From Bdellovibrionales bacterium (GTDB lineage Bacteria; Bdellovibrionota; Bdellovibrionia; Bdellovibrionales; UBA1609), in NCBI GenBank assembly GCA_965261545.1, contig CBDHDF010000007.1, positions 32,001-96,000 on the forward strand: a stretch of DNA of 64,000 bases. The letters are read 5' to 3'. Below the pieces are notes generated by a model. It saw only the letters and a list, made by a program, of their open reading frames with translations. It did not search any database and was not told the origin of the DNA. Positions 29,006-39,100 of this stretch are shown one piece after another (positions within the stretch are counted from its first letter, which is position 1; every line of letters starts with the position of its first letter). Position numbers and translations under genes: made by a program.

Positions 29006-29368
29006 GGGGCCTCCTAAGGATAGCCAAAATAGCAAAGAAAAGAAGCCAATATGCTGGTTATAGGTTTGTTGGTTGGCAAGAGGGACAAATGCCCAAACAT
29101 GTAAGCCTACAATATTATGCTAGTAGGTTGTGAAAAAGTCACTGAATACTTGATGAAAAGTCATTGAATATCGGATTCTGAGAACATTGAGAAAAAGCCT
29201 TGGAAATCAGGTAGGGTCTGATTATAATATTAAGGATAATTTAAAATACGCAGTAGTTATCTTAGAATATAAGAGCCCTAGCTCTATAGAGCTAGGAGTC
29301 GTAGAGCTATAGATTGTAAAAGTTCTATAAACTACAGAGTTATAAGGATAAGTAGGTAGGGTAGTTAT

Positions 29369-29656
29369 ATGACAAAGGCAGAGTTAATCACTTTGATATC
29401 TGAAAGGGCTGACATTACTAGAGTCAAGGCAGAAACGGTTGTGAATACTATTTTTGATTCTATGGTGGAATCTCTGTTAAGAGATGATCGCATCGAAATA
29501 CGAGGATTTGGCTCTTTTGTCAACCGCTCCTATGGGGCTTACCAAGGGCGTAATCCAAGGACAGGTGAAATCATTGATGTCAAAGAAAAGAAGCTTCCTT
29601 TCTTTAAAGCTGGCAAGGAACTTAGAGAGGACCTTAACGACGAAAACTTTGACTAA
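29369..29656 (+). CDS. ihfB: Integration host factor beta / HU family protein
   Basis: MTKAELI, RIEIRGFGSF, GRNPRTGE, PFFKAGKELRE. Confidence 0.85.
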   Translation: MTKAELITLISERADITRVKAETVVNTIFDSMVESLLRDDRIEIRGFGSFVNRSYGAYQGRNPRTGEIIDVKEKKLPFFKAGKELREDLNDENFD

Positions 29657-29752
29657 TTTAGCCCTTACCCTCTCCCTATGATTATTTTTTCTTTTCTTCC
29701 GTGAAGATTGTCTATCGTGAAGGTTTGTCTATTTCTTCCGTGAGGTTTATCT

Positions 29753-30550
29753 GTGTTAGTGGATCCACCTATTTTTATAGCTCTTGATTTGGCCGACAGA
29801 AGTACGGCCATTGAAATGGCGAAAGAAGTGGCCCCCTATGTGGGTGGTTTTAAAATAGGACCAAGGCTTTGTGTGAAGTACGGCGCAGATATGATCTCAG
29901 AGTTGGCTGAATTGGGACAGGTTTTTGTGGACAATAAGTATTTTGATATTCCAAGCAGCATGGAGGCGGCCATACGCACTACTTTTCAAGGAGGTGCAAG
30001 CTTTACAACGGTTCATGGAACATGTGGCCCAGTGGCTCTCAAGCGATTGGCTCAAGTGGAAAAAGAGCTTTGTCGCCAAAGAGAGTTTAGGATTCTTGCT
30101 GTGACAGTTCTTACAAGTTTTCATGCCCAGACACTTCCTGTGAACTGGTCCCGTGAGCCTATTGCCTCCCAAGTTGCAAAGCTTGCTTGTGAGGTTGTGA
30201 ACTCTGGTCTTAGTGGCCTTGTTTGCTCACCCCATGAGGTGAGACATTTAAGAGCTTTATTTCCAAAGTCCTTTTTACTAACTCCAGGGATTCGGTTTCA
30301 GAGACTGCACCAGGACCGATCCCAGAATCAGCAGAGCCAATCTCAGCTTCAGTCTCAGGGTCAGGAGCAAGACCAGGATCAGGTTCGAGTTTTGGGGCCA
30401 GGGGAAGCCATTGCGGCTGGAGCTTCAGCCCTTGTGGTGGGTCGACCTATATACGAGGCGAAAGACCCCAGGGAAGCAGCCAAGAAATTTTGCGAGGCGG
30501 CAAAAACTTCTGTCCCCTGGCCATCCTCACTTAAAGGAGGAAAGGCTTGA
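29753..30550 (+). CDS. pyrF: Orotidine-5'-phosphate decarboxylase with a Gln-rich insertion
   Basis: IALD, FKIG, DNKYFDIPSS, AVTVLTS, GLVCS, TPGIR, VVGRPI. Confidence 0.95.
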   Translation: MLVDPPIFIALDLADRSTAIEMAKEVAPYVGGFKIGPRLCVKYGADMISELAELGQVFVDNKYFDIPSSMEAAIRTTFQGGASFTTVHGTCGPVALKRLAQVEKELCRQREFRILAVTVLTSFHAQTLPVNWSREPIASQVAKLACEVVNSGLSGLVCSPHEVRHLRALFPKSFLLTPGIRFQRLHQDRSQNQQSQSQLQSQGQEQDQDQVRVLGPGEAIAAGASALVVGRPIYEAKDPREAAKKFCEAAKTSVPWPSSLKGGKA

Positions 30551-31374
30551 GGTCGAAGGGAGACTTGAAGTCGAGAAAAAGCCTGGGATCGAAGGGAGAC
30601 TTGAAGTCGAGAAAAAGCTTGGGGCCAAGAAATCAAAAGCGGGGTCCTTGGGTGGCGCCTAGGGATTGTCGAGTGGTGGCGGGCCTTCACTCTTGTTGTG
30701 AGACCTTCCATGTGAGAATCCAAGATATTTGTGAAATGTGGTTGAAAGAAAAAAATCCACAGGGGAGGCTTGGTGACCTATGGAGTGAGGCTCAGGGTCG
30801 AGGGATTAAGGTTGTACATCCCCCTTTGCGTAAGATGGATGAGCTTTGCGTTACGCACCAGGGTGTTATTATTTTTGTATCTTCAAGTCCTTTGTTGGAT
30901 TGGCCTTTCTTGGAAAATATCGCGCGATCTCAGGTTGTGGTGGCAGATGGGGTGGTCGACCCTCGCAATTTAGGGGCTATCATAAGGACAGCTTGGTTGA
31001 TGGGGGTGCCGGGTGTTTTGGTGCCCGCCCTGCGGTCGAGTCCTCTCAGTGGAGCCGTTATGAGGGTGGCCTGTGGAGGAGGTGAGTATGTGGCTGTTGA
31101 GGAGTTTGGAAATCTTGGGAGAACTTTGAAGTCATTGCAAGAAAGAGGCTTTTGGGTTTATGGCTTGGCGGGGCAAGCCAAGGAGGGGCTTTGGAGCTCA
31201 CCTCTGCCAGAAAAGGTGGCTTGGCTGGTGGGGGCTGAAGAAAAGGGGCTTCGCCCAAAGGCTCTGCAAGCTTGTGATAAGGTTTTATCGATTCCCCAAG
31301 TGGAGAGATCCGCCAGCTACAATGTTTCTGTGGCGTTGGCACTGGCCATGGGGGAGTACTGTCGACAGAGTTAA
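30547..31374 (+). CDS. rlmB: TrmH/SpoU rRNA methyltransferase (RlmB-like)
   Basis: HQGV, DGVVDPRNLGAIIRTA, GAEEKGLR, SYNVSVA; 36-nt duplication at 30553-30623. Confidence 0.85.
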   Translation: MRSKGDLKSRKSLGSKGDLKSRKSLGPRNQKRGPWVAPRDCRVVAGLHSCCETFHVRIQDICEMWLKEKNPQGRLGDLWSEAQGRGIKVVHPPLRKMDELCVTHQGVIIFVSSSPLLDWPFLENIARSQVVVADGVVDPRNLGAIIRTAWLMGVPGVLVPALRSSPLSGAVMRVACGGGEYVAVEEFGNLGRTLKSLQERGFWVYGLAGQAKEGLWSSPLPEKVAWLVGAEEKGLRPKALQACDKVLSIPQVERSASYNVSVALALAMGEYCRQS

Positions 31375-31380
31375 TAAGGG

Positions 31381-31456
31381 TGGCGTCCCCAACGAGAGTC
31401 GAACTCGTGTCTTCGCCGTGAAAGGGCGATGTCCTGGGCCACTAGACGATGGGGAC
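31381..31456 (-). tRNA. tRNA-Glu(TTC)
   Basis: GTCCCCATCGTCTAGTGGCCCAGGACATCGCCCTTTCACGGCGAAGACACGAGTTCGACTCTCGTTGGGGACGCCA. Confidence 0.95.
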
Positions 31457-31532
31457 TGGTGACCCGCCATGGGCTCGAACCATGGACCCTCTCCTTAAAA
31501 GGGAGATGCTCTACCAACTGAGCTAGCGGATC
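31457..31532 (-). tRNA. tRNA-Lys(TTT)
   Basis: GATCCGCTAGCTCAGTTGGTAGAGCATCTCCCTTTTAAGGAGAGGGTCCATGGTTCGAGCCCATGGCGGGTCACCA. Confidence 0.95.
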
Positions 31533-31874
31533 AATATCTCAACTCTTGAGGTGGCTATAGTCAAAAAATTGATTGAGATTGTCAACCCACAGGCGGGCGA
31601 CTAATGCGCATCGTTGTAAAACTGAGGCACAACAACTAACTATGAGCATAGAGAATGTTCATGGTGCCGCAGAGGGTGTCCACGACGCTGGGGAGCACAG
31701 TTTTTCTTTGGGTCTCAAGTCCAAGAGAGCTTCATAAGCCTGCCTTTTGTCCTTGCTCGCTTCTTGACTTTTTCACAACGGCGATGGATCATAATTTTAA
31801 TGATATTTAGTGATATTATGACGTCTCTTGTCGAGATCTCTCTGAATCAATCGAGGGGACTGAAAGGATAGCCT

Positions 31875-32396
31875 ATGGACAAAATAGATATAGATAAAGT
31901 CGACTGGATAAAAAATCTTGTTCGTGCCGAACAGCAGATGGAAAAAACAGGAACCATAAATCTGTACAATCAGGAAGACACTGAGGAGGTATTGGAGATA
32001 GAAACTCACGACTTCTTGCAGAATGCAAAGACAGCCTTTGTAGAAGCCGTGTCTTCATTTAACAAACTTAAAGATTCTTCTCTGGGCACGGTGAAAATTT
32101 ATGGTATCGCCAAAACGAAACTTGATTTTATGCTCTTTCGAAATGGTCATAAACTCATTTTTTCAATGAAGCAACCAGGACAAGTGAGCATTTTATTTCA
32201 GAACATAGCAAGTTCTTTTGCTCCTCCTCTCGTGCGCAACGAAGAAAGCAACATCTCTGCTATGAATGAAACAACTATTACAGCTCAGTGGGGGGCCTTT
32301 GGGGATATGAAATGGTCCTACCAAGGTCATGTCGTTCAATTGGACTCTCTTGTAAGGTACTATCTTTCTCGGTTTATTAGAGAGAGTGCTCGCTGA
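31875..32396 (+). CDS. Hypothetical protein
   Basis: 173-aa ORF with RBS AAAGGA; no family recognised. Confidence 0.75.
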   Translation: MDKIDIDKVDWIKNLVRAEQQMEKTGTINLYNQEDTEEVLEIETHDFLQNAKTAFVEAVSSFNKLKDSSLGTVKIYGIAKTKLDFMLFRNGHKLIFSMKQPGQVSILFQNIASSFAPPLVRNEESNISAMNETTITAQWGAFGDMKWSYQGHVVQLDSLVRYYLSRFIRESAR

Positions 32397-32493
32397 GTTT
32401 CATCTTGACCTTAGCTTTGAGGAGCAACACCCGAAATCTTCTTAAACCACACCATCTTATCATCTTAAACCCTCTTAACTTGAAAGCCTGACA

Positions 32494-33201
32494 TTGCCGC
32501 CAAAGAAAACATTAGAAAAAAAAAGAAAACAACAGCCTCAGTCTCATAATGCTTTATTCAATGAAACTTTCCTTAATGAGAGGTACTGTCTAGATATTTT
32601 CCGTCACGGACGACAAAAGCACTGGAGGGGTCCCCTGAATTTTCAAGATTCTCTGGATGGGCTCACTCCCGTTTTAAGACAAAAATTTGGGAAGAATATC
32701 CTCAATTTTCGTTGTAAGTTGTTGAATATTCATGATATAAATCTTTACCGTGGAGTTGGCAGGAATTTGCTTTCTAGGCCGATTTTGCTTATAATGAGTA
32801 GTATCTGGAAGCTTCGCCACGAGACCATTGTGGAGTTGTTTCAGATGGGTACAAATTTGGGTGAGAAGGATCAACAGTTCCTTATTCAAAAGGCGGTGGA
32901 TTATATCCACCGAAACGATTCAGATTTTACTTTAAATGTACTCAGTAAGATTGAAAAAGAAAGTATCGAGGAGGATCAAAGAGTTATGTCAGCATTGCAA
33001 TGTTCTTTGGATGAAGCTGAAGAAAAGGGTCTTAAAAAGGGTCGTGAAGAGGGCCTTAGGGGCCTCAAAGAGGGCCGTGAAGAAACAGCATTACGAATGA
33101 TTCAAAATGGCTTTGAGGTAGAAGCGATTTGTTTATGTACTAGACTCACTGCCAAGGAAGTGGAGGAATTGCGTAAAAAAGCCAAAAACACAAAGTCCTA
33201 A
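32494..33201 (+). pseudogene. Rpn/YhgA-like (Transposase_31) gene with the nuclease core deleted
   Basis: N-terminal SHNALFNETF motif joined directly to the HG...W segment; C-terminal EEKGLKKGREEG...ETALRM...G.E...I...T.LT..EVEELR typical of Rpn. Confidence 0.7.
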
Positions 33202-33245
33202 CAGCAACCCTCTCTAAATCAGTAATAACAATGGGTAGCCGACCC

Positions 33246-33719
33246 CTAGGCTATTTTTTTATTATGCTTTGTCTTGTGGACATCCTTTTTGTTATCTCCC
33301 CCTTTATGATGGGCACATTTTGTATTCTTTGAGAAATGCAAGTTCATGTCTTGCCTTGCGATTTCCATACCCATGAGGTCTTGAATCATATCTGTTTTGG
33401 CAGACTCGACAAAAGAGAGTACCTTGAGGTCTTGAAAAAGAATCTCACTCACCAATTCTTCTTTATAGGCAATAGCTTCTTGCACCTCGCATTGGTCTGT
33501 TTCTTTAAAAGAGATATTGTCCAAGCTATTTTCGCTGATACCCCCAATTTTTTCACTCACTTGGTTGAGAGCCTGTAAGATAATCTCCCTACGGCTATAA
33601 AATTTCTGTAAATCTCCAAGCATTCCTTTGTCTAATTTGAGCAATTGATTCTTATTCACATTGTAGAATTCTCTTAAATATTTATTTCTTTCATGAAGTA
33701 AATCAATGAACCCTTCCAT
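33246..33719 (-). CDS. Helical hypothetical protein, possibly FlgN-like
   Basis: All-helical 157 aa (LL.ERN.YL..FY..N, FYSRRE.IL, IL.QDL.VLS.VE); family call is tentative. Confidence 0.5.
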   Translation of the reverse strand: MEGFIDLLHERNKYLREFYNVNKNQLLKLDKGMLGDLQKFYSRREIILQALNQVSEKIGGISENSLDNISFKETDQCEVQEAIAYKEELVSEILFQDLKVLSFVESAKTDMIQDLMGMEIARQDMNLHFSKNTKCAHHKGGDNKKDVHKTKHNKKIA

Positions 33720-34099
33720 GGTTCCCCCTTGACCTTTGCTCTTTTAATGTGGTTCCGTTCCTTTAGTTCTGTATTTTCTTTCGGCTTGTCACTCATCATT
33801 CTTAACGGTGTTTTGGTTTTCTCAGGGGTGAACTGGATAACTCTGATTTATTCTTGGCTTATGACTTGCGCTTCCATGGGCCTTTGTCGAGCCCCCATTC
33901 ACTTTTCACTCTTCTCGCCTTCACTCCTCAAGACCTCTTTCAGTTCGTGTTGTGATCTTACAGGCCGTCCTTAGCAGTCTGGTGACATAACTTTGTGAGA
34001 AACGGGAACTGGTGCGATGCATAAATAGAGCGTTTTGCGGTTAACACATTGCTCAAATAAAGAGTGCATGTTAGGACTATTTTGTTATAAGAAAATAGT

Positions 34100-34180
34100 A
34101 AACCAACATCTCGCAATTTACTCTGGTCTCTAGGGCATTTTCCCATGGGCTCAAACATTGTGGGAGAAGCCTAACCAGAG
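34100..34180 (+). promoter_or_regulatory. rpsB leader (S2 autoregulatory, t44-like)
   Basis: Stem CTCTGGT (34121-27) / ACCAGAG (34174-80) enclosing TGTGGGAG..GCCTAACC; extended -10-like TGTTATAA at 34083. Confidence 0.55.
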
Positions 34181-34187
34181 AGGTCAT

Positions 34188-35171
34188 ATGTCTCATATCA
34201 CTTTAAAAAGTATGCTTGGTGCAGGTGTTCATTTTGGCCACCAAACCCAACGGTGGAACCCTAAAATGAAGCCCTATGTTTACACAGCAAGGGGTGGTAT
34301 TCATATCATTGACCTGCAAAAATCCCTTATCCTCGCCAAAAGAGCGGCTGCTTTCATCAAAGAATCTGCTTCTGGAGGGGAGCGTCTTATTTTTGTGGGT
34401 ACAAAAAAGCAAGCCATTGAACCCATTCACGAAGCTGCCGTCAGATCTGGTCAGTACTGGGTGACAAAGCGGTGGTTGGGGGGAATGCTGACGAACTTTA
34501 CAACAATTAAGGCAAGCATTGATCGTCTCAAAAAAATTGACCGTATGCGTGACAAAGGGGAACTTAGCTTCTTTTCTAAAAAGGAGCGAGCCCGTATGGA
34601 AAAAGAATATCAAAAACTTGATGAATACCTGAGTGGTATTCGCAATATGAAGGACAACCCCTCGGCTCTTTTTGTGGTTGACCTCAACAAGGAGCACATT
34701 GCTGTGGCCGAGGCCAAAAAACTGGGAATTAAGGTTGTAGGCATTGCCGATACAAATTCCAACCCTGAATCTGTGGATTACCCCATTCCTGGGAATGACG
34801 ACGCCACTCGATCCATTCGACTTTTTACAGAAATGATTGCTGATGCCTACTTGGAGGGAGTCAAAGAGTGGGAGGCCAAGAAAAAAGTCATTGATCCCGA
34901 AGTGACTAAAGAAAAAACCGCTGGGATCAAAGAAGGTGTTACTCCTGAGGGGGGGCCATCTGTGATTAGGGTGGCCAAGGGACGGAAGCTCGTGGCTGCA
35001 GGGACAGCAGAAGATGTCGAAATTGAACAAGAGTTAGAAATGCAACAAAAGGAAGTTGGTGGAGTGACTGAAGAAAGTCTTGTGGAAACAAGTGAAGCAG
35101 CTCTAGGAAGTGACGCACCTGTCGAAGGGAAGCAGGGAATTCAACCTATGGAGATTAAAAATGGCCATTGA
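34188..35171 (+). CDS. rpsB: 30S ribosomal protein S2
   Basis: GVHFGHQT.RWNPKM, RWLGGMLTNF, PIPGNDDA; long acidic C-terminal tail. Confidence 0.98.
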   Translation: MSHITLKSMLGAGVHFGHQTQRWNPKMKPYVYTARGGIHIIDLQKSLILAKRAAAFIKESASGGERLIFVGTKKQAIEPIHEAAVRSGQYWVTKRWLGGMLTNFTTIKASIDRLKKIDRMRDKGELSFFSKKERARMEKEYQKLDEYLSGIRNMKDNPSALFVVDLNKEHIAVAEAKKLGIKVVGIADTNSNPESVDYPIPGNDDATRSIRLFTEMIADAYLEGVKEWEAKKKVIDPEVTKEKTAGIKEGVTPEGGPSVIRVAKGRKLVAAGTAEDVEIEQELEMQQKEVGGVTEESLVETSEAALGSDAPVEGKQGIQPMEIKNGH

Positions 35172-35814
35172 TGCATCATCAGTAAAAGAGTTAAGAGAAA
35201 AAACAAGTGCTGGAATACTCGACTGTAAAAAGGCTTTGGAAGAAACCCAGGGCGACTTTGATAAAGCTATCGATTGGCTACGAACCAAGGGCTTAAGTCG
35301 AGCTTCTAAAAAGGCAGGTCGCACTGCCGCCGAAGGATTGGTTGCATCTTATATTCATGGAGAAGGACGCATTGGTGTCTTGTTGGAAATAAATTCAGAA
35401 ACAGATTTTGTGGCTCGTAACGAAGAATTTAAGAGTTTTGTAAATGATATTGCTATGCATATTGCAGCTTCAACTCCCCGGCATGTGAGTTCTGAAGAGA
35501 TTCCCGAAGAAGCTCGCAACAAAGAAAAAGAGATTCTTCTCCTTAAGGGAAAGGAGGAGGGCAAAAAGCCTGAGTTGATGGATAAGATTATCAATGGGCA
35601 ACTCAAGAAGTGGGAGTCTGAAATTTGCCTTCTAAGCCAGCCCTTTGTCAAAGACCCAGACAAAAAGGTGGGTGATTATTTAAAGGAAACCATTGCAAGA
35701 ATTGGTGAAAATATTGTCATACGCAGGTTCCAGCGCTGGGAATTGGGTGAAGGTATTGAGAAAAAAACAGACAATTTTGCTGAAGAAGTTGCTGCACAGG
35801 TGAGACAAGGCTGA
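35161..35814 (+). CDS. tsf: Elongation factor Ts (short form)
   Basis: VKELREKT.AG..DCKKAL, EINSETDFVA. Confidence 0.97.
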   Translation: MAIDASSVKELREKTSAGILDCKKALEETQGDFDKAIDWLRTKGLSRASKKAGRTAAEGLVASYIHGEGRIGVLLEINSETDFVARNEEFKSFVNDIAMHIAASTPRHVSSEEIPEEARNKEKEILLLKGKEEGKKPELMDKIINGQLKKWESEICLLSQPFVKDPDKKVGDYLKETIARIGENIVIRRFQRWELGEGIEKKTDNFAEEVAAQVRQG

Positions 35815-35845
35815 GCAAGGGCTGAACGAGGGTTGAGCAAGCTGA

Positions 35846-36580
<735 letters not shown>

Positions 36581-36637
36581 AAACCCTAGGAACCTTGGTT
36601 CAAAAATAGGGAAAATTAGGAAAAATAGGGAGGAAAA

Positions 36638-37210
36638 ATGGTCGAAGAAGAAGTGGTCGAAAATTTAAATATAACCACTGAAGAAAACATGAATAAAACT
36701 GTTGAATCTCTGCGTGGTGGACTCAAAAAAGTTCGTACTGGTCGTGCGCAAGTGTCTATGCTTGACAATGTGAAAGCGGATTGCTACGGAAGCCTCACCC
36801 CCATGAACCAGATGGCAGCTATTTCTTGTCCAGACCCCAAGTCGTTCTTAATTGCCCCCTGGGATGCCAATCTTCTTAAGAGTATCGAAACAGCTATTGT
36901 GAGAAGCGATCTTGGTATGTCCCCCCAGAATGATGGCAAAGTGATTCGTCTCAAGTTACCTGAGTTAACAGAAGACCGACGTAAGGAGTTGGTAAAAACC
37001 ATCAAAAAAATGACAGAGGATGCTAAGGTGGCTATTCGAATGGCTCGAAGAGATGCCAATGAAGCCCTAAAAAAGGCTCTTAAAGAAAAAAAAATCTCTG
37101 AAGACGAACAAAAAAGAAGTACAGACGAGATTCAAAAACTCACAGATACTTTCATAAAAAAAGTAGATGGCATCATGGTCGAAAAAGAAAAAGACCTCAT
37201 GACTTTGTAG
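36638..37210 (+). CDS. frr: Ribosome recycling factor
   Basis: VRTGRA, PELTEDRRKELVK, KVAIRMARRDAN. Confidence 0.97.
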   Translation: MVEEEVVENLNITTEENMNKTVESLRGGLKKVRTGRAQVSMLDNVKADCYGSLTPMNQMAAISCPDPKSFLIAPWDANLLKSIETAIVRSDLGMSPQNDGKVIRLKLPELTEDRRKELVKTIKKMTEDAKVAIRMARRDANEALKKALKEKKISEDEQKRSTDEIQKLTDTFIKKVDGIMVEKEKDLMTL

Positions 37211-37291
37211 AATGGCTTGGGTCATCTTGGTTTATATATGAAAAGAATCCTTATAAAGAAAAAAGTTTATTAAAACAAAGGGGCTATTAGC

Positions 37292-38125
37292 GTGAGTACC
37301 ATTCCCAATCATCTAGCAATTATAATGGATGGAAATGGGCGTTGGGCAAGGGCGCGTGGCCATGGCCGCCATTATGGTCATGTGCGAGGGGCTCAAACAG
37401 CAAAAAAGATCATTCAATTTTGTGCTGAACAGGGCCTTAAGCACCTGACCCTTTTTGCTTTTAGCACCGAGAATTGGTTTCGTCCTCCTGGGGAAATTTC
37501 TTTCCTTATGAGCTTAATGCATAGGCAACTCCATCGTGAAAGAGAGAATTTGGTTAAAAATAACATGTGTTTTCGGTGTGTGGGGGACAAGAGTCGACTC
37601 CAACCCACATTGAGAAAGCTTATTGAGGAAACAGAAGAGACAACAAAGCACAATACAGGAATGACCCTTGTGTTTGCCTTGAGCTACAGTGGTCGGCAAG
37701 AGATTCGCCATGGATTTGAAAAGATATTAAAATTGGTAGAGTCGGGGCACCTTAAAGCCTCTGACATCAACGATAAACTTATTTCAGAGTCCCTAGAGTC
37801 ATCTTTCTTGCCAGATCCCGACCTCATTATTCGCACCAGTGGAGAAACAAGAATATCGAATTTTTTTCTGTGGCAGGCCGCCTATAGTGAAATTTACTTT
37901 ATAGAAAAATGCTGGCCTGATTTCTGTTATGAAGACATTTTATCTTCTTTTCGTCGATTTTCACAAAGTGAACGCCGCTACGGTGAAGTCTCTGCCTCTC
38001 CTGCGGAGTTAACTCCTCCCACGGAATTGACTTTCCCCAAGGAACAGGCTCCCCCTGCGGAATCGATATCTAAAGACCATTTGCGTCAACCCCCTCCCTT
38101 TCTTGCTTCTTCTTTTGTGAGATGA
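37292..38125 (+). CDS. uppS: Undecaprenyl diphosphate synthase
   Basis: HLAIIMDGNGRWA, FAFSTENW.RP, DLIIRTSGE.RISNFFLWQ. Confidence 0.97.
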   Translation: MSTIPNHLAIIMDGNGRWARARGHGRHYGHVRGAQTAKKIIQFCAEQGLKHLTLFAFSTENWFRPPGEISFLMSLMHRQLHRERENLVKNNMCFRCVGDKSRLQPTLRKLIEETEETTKHNTGMTLVFALSYSGRQEIRHGFEKILKLVESGHLKASDINDKLISESLESSFLPDPDLIIRTSGETRISNFFLWQAAYSEIYFIEKCWPDFCYEDILSSFRRFSQSERRYGEVSASPAELTPPTELTFPKEQAPPAESISKDHLRQPPPFLASSFVR

Positions 38126-39000
38126 GTTTGCTTTCTACCCTAAAAAGGTCTTTTAAAAGACCCTTGGCCGTAAGAGTGATGTCTACCCTTGTGGCCATTT
38201 CATTATTAACAGGCATCTATGAGTTTTGGGGAAGTTTGGGTTTTATATGGATGGGGTGTCTTGTGTCCTTTTTTGCAACCATCGAATTTTTGCAAACAGC
38301 TCTTCTTTCGTTGAAAGAAGAAAGGCTTCTCCAAGTGATATTTGTCTTCTTGACCACCTTTTTGTTGGTCACTCCACTTGTGGTGTCATGGCCCCACCCC
38401 TTTTTCCATTTGGCTCTTTGGGGGCTTGGAGCTGTCCTTTTGTTCTCTGCTTCCCTCTGGCAACTCAAAGACAAGTGCAGCAACCAAAAAATACTGACCA
38501 ACCTTGTTCTCTTGCTTTTGGGTCTTTTTTATTGCTCGATACTACCGGCACTGACCCTATTCCTCCTTAAACTCCCCGTAGGAGTTTTTTGGTTCTTGTC
38601 CCTTCTTACAGTTGTTTTATCGGGGGATACCTTGGCCTATTTAGGTGGACGACTTTGGGGAAAGCGAAAACTCCACCCACAGATTTCACCAAAGAAGACA
38701 ACCGAGGGGGCCCTGTGTGGTCTTCTAGGTTCTATTCTTGGCGCAGGTATTTCATTTTTATGGTGCCCCATTGAAGCTGAGATACCTTTGGTTACTTTCC
38801 TCATTCTTGGAGGAGGAAGTGCTCTCTTAGCCCAGTGTGGAGATTTATTTGAATCTCTTATTAAGAGAGTGGGAGACGTAAAAGACTCGGGAGCATTCAT
38901 GCCCGGTCACGGGGGTGTTTTGGACCGCATTGACGGAATTCTCTTTGCCTCCCCTTTATTCTTGATCGTAGCTTTATTTTATGACAGTTCTATTTTATAA
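38122..39000 (+). CDS. cdsA: Phosphatidate cytidylyltransferase
   Basis: ISPKKT.EG, GDLFESLIKR..VKDSG..MPGHGGVLDRID. Confidence 0.96.
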   Translation: MSLLSTLKRSFKRPLAVRVMSTLVAISLLTGIYEFWGSLGFIWMGCLVSFFATIEFLQTALLSLKEERLLQVIFVFLTTFLLVTPLVVSWPHPFFHLALWGLGAVLLFSASLWQLKDKCSNQKILTNLVLLLLGLFYCSILPALTLFLLKLPVGVFWFLSLLTVVLSGDTLAYLGGRLWGKRKLHPQISPKKTTEGALCGLLGSILGAGISFLWCPIEAEIPLVTFLILGGGSALLAQCGDLFESLIKRVGDVKDSGAFMPGHGGVLDRIDGILFASPLFLIVALFYDSSIL

Positions 39001-39100
39001 TTTACAAAAGTTCTATGGTCGTTCCTATAGTCACTCTATTTTTCTTATGATGGTTCTATAACAGTTGATTTTTATCAATAAATGAGGAGATAATAGATTC

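Noticed and set aside
34203..35030. 275-aa antisense ORF and similar shadow ORFs (e.g. 1688-2212, 40132-40671, 60208-60735)
   Set aside because: Antisense to conserved housekeeping genes, with no motifs
35161..35814. Short EF-Ts as a truncation
   Set aside because: The short form is a known normal variant
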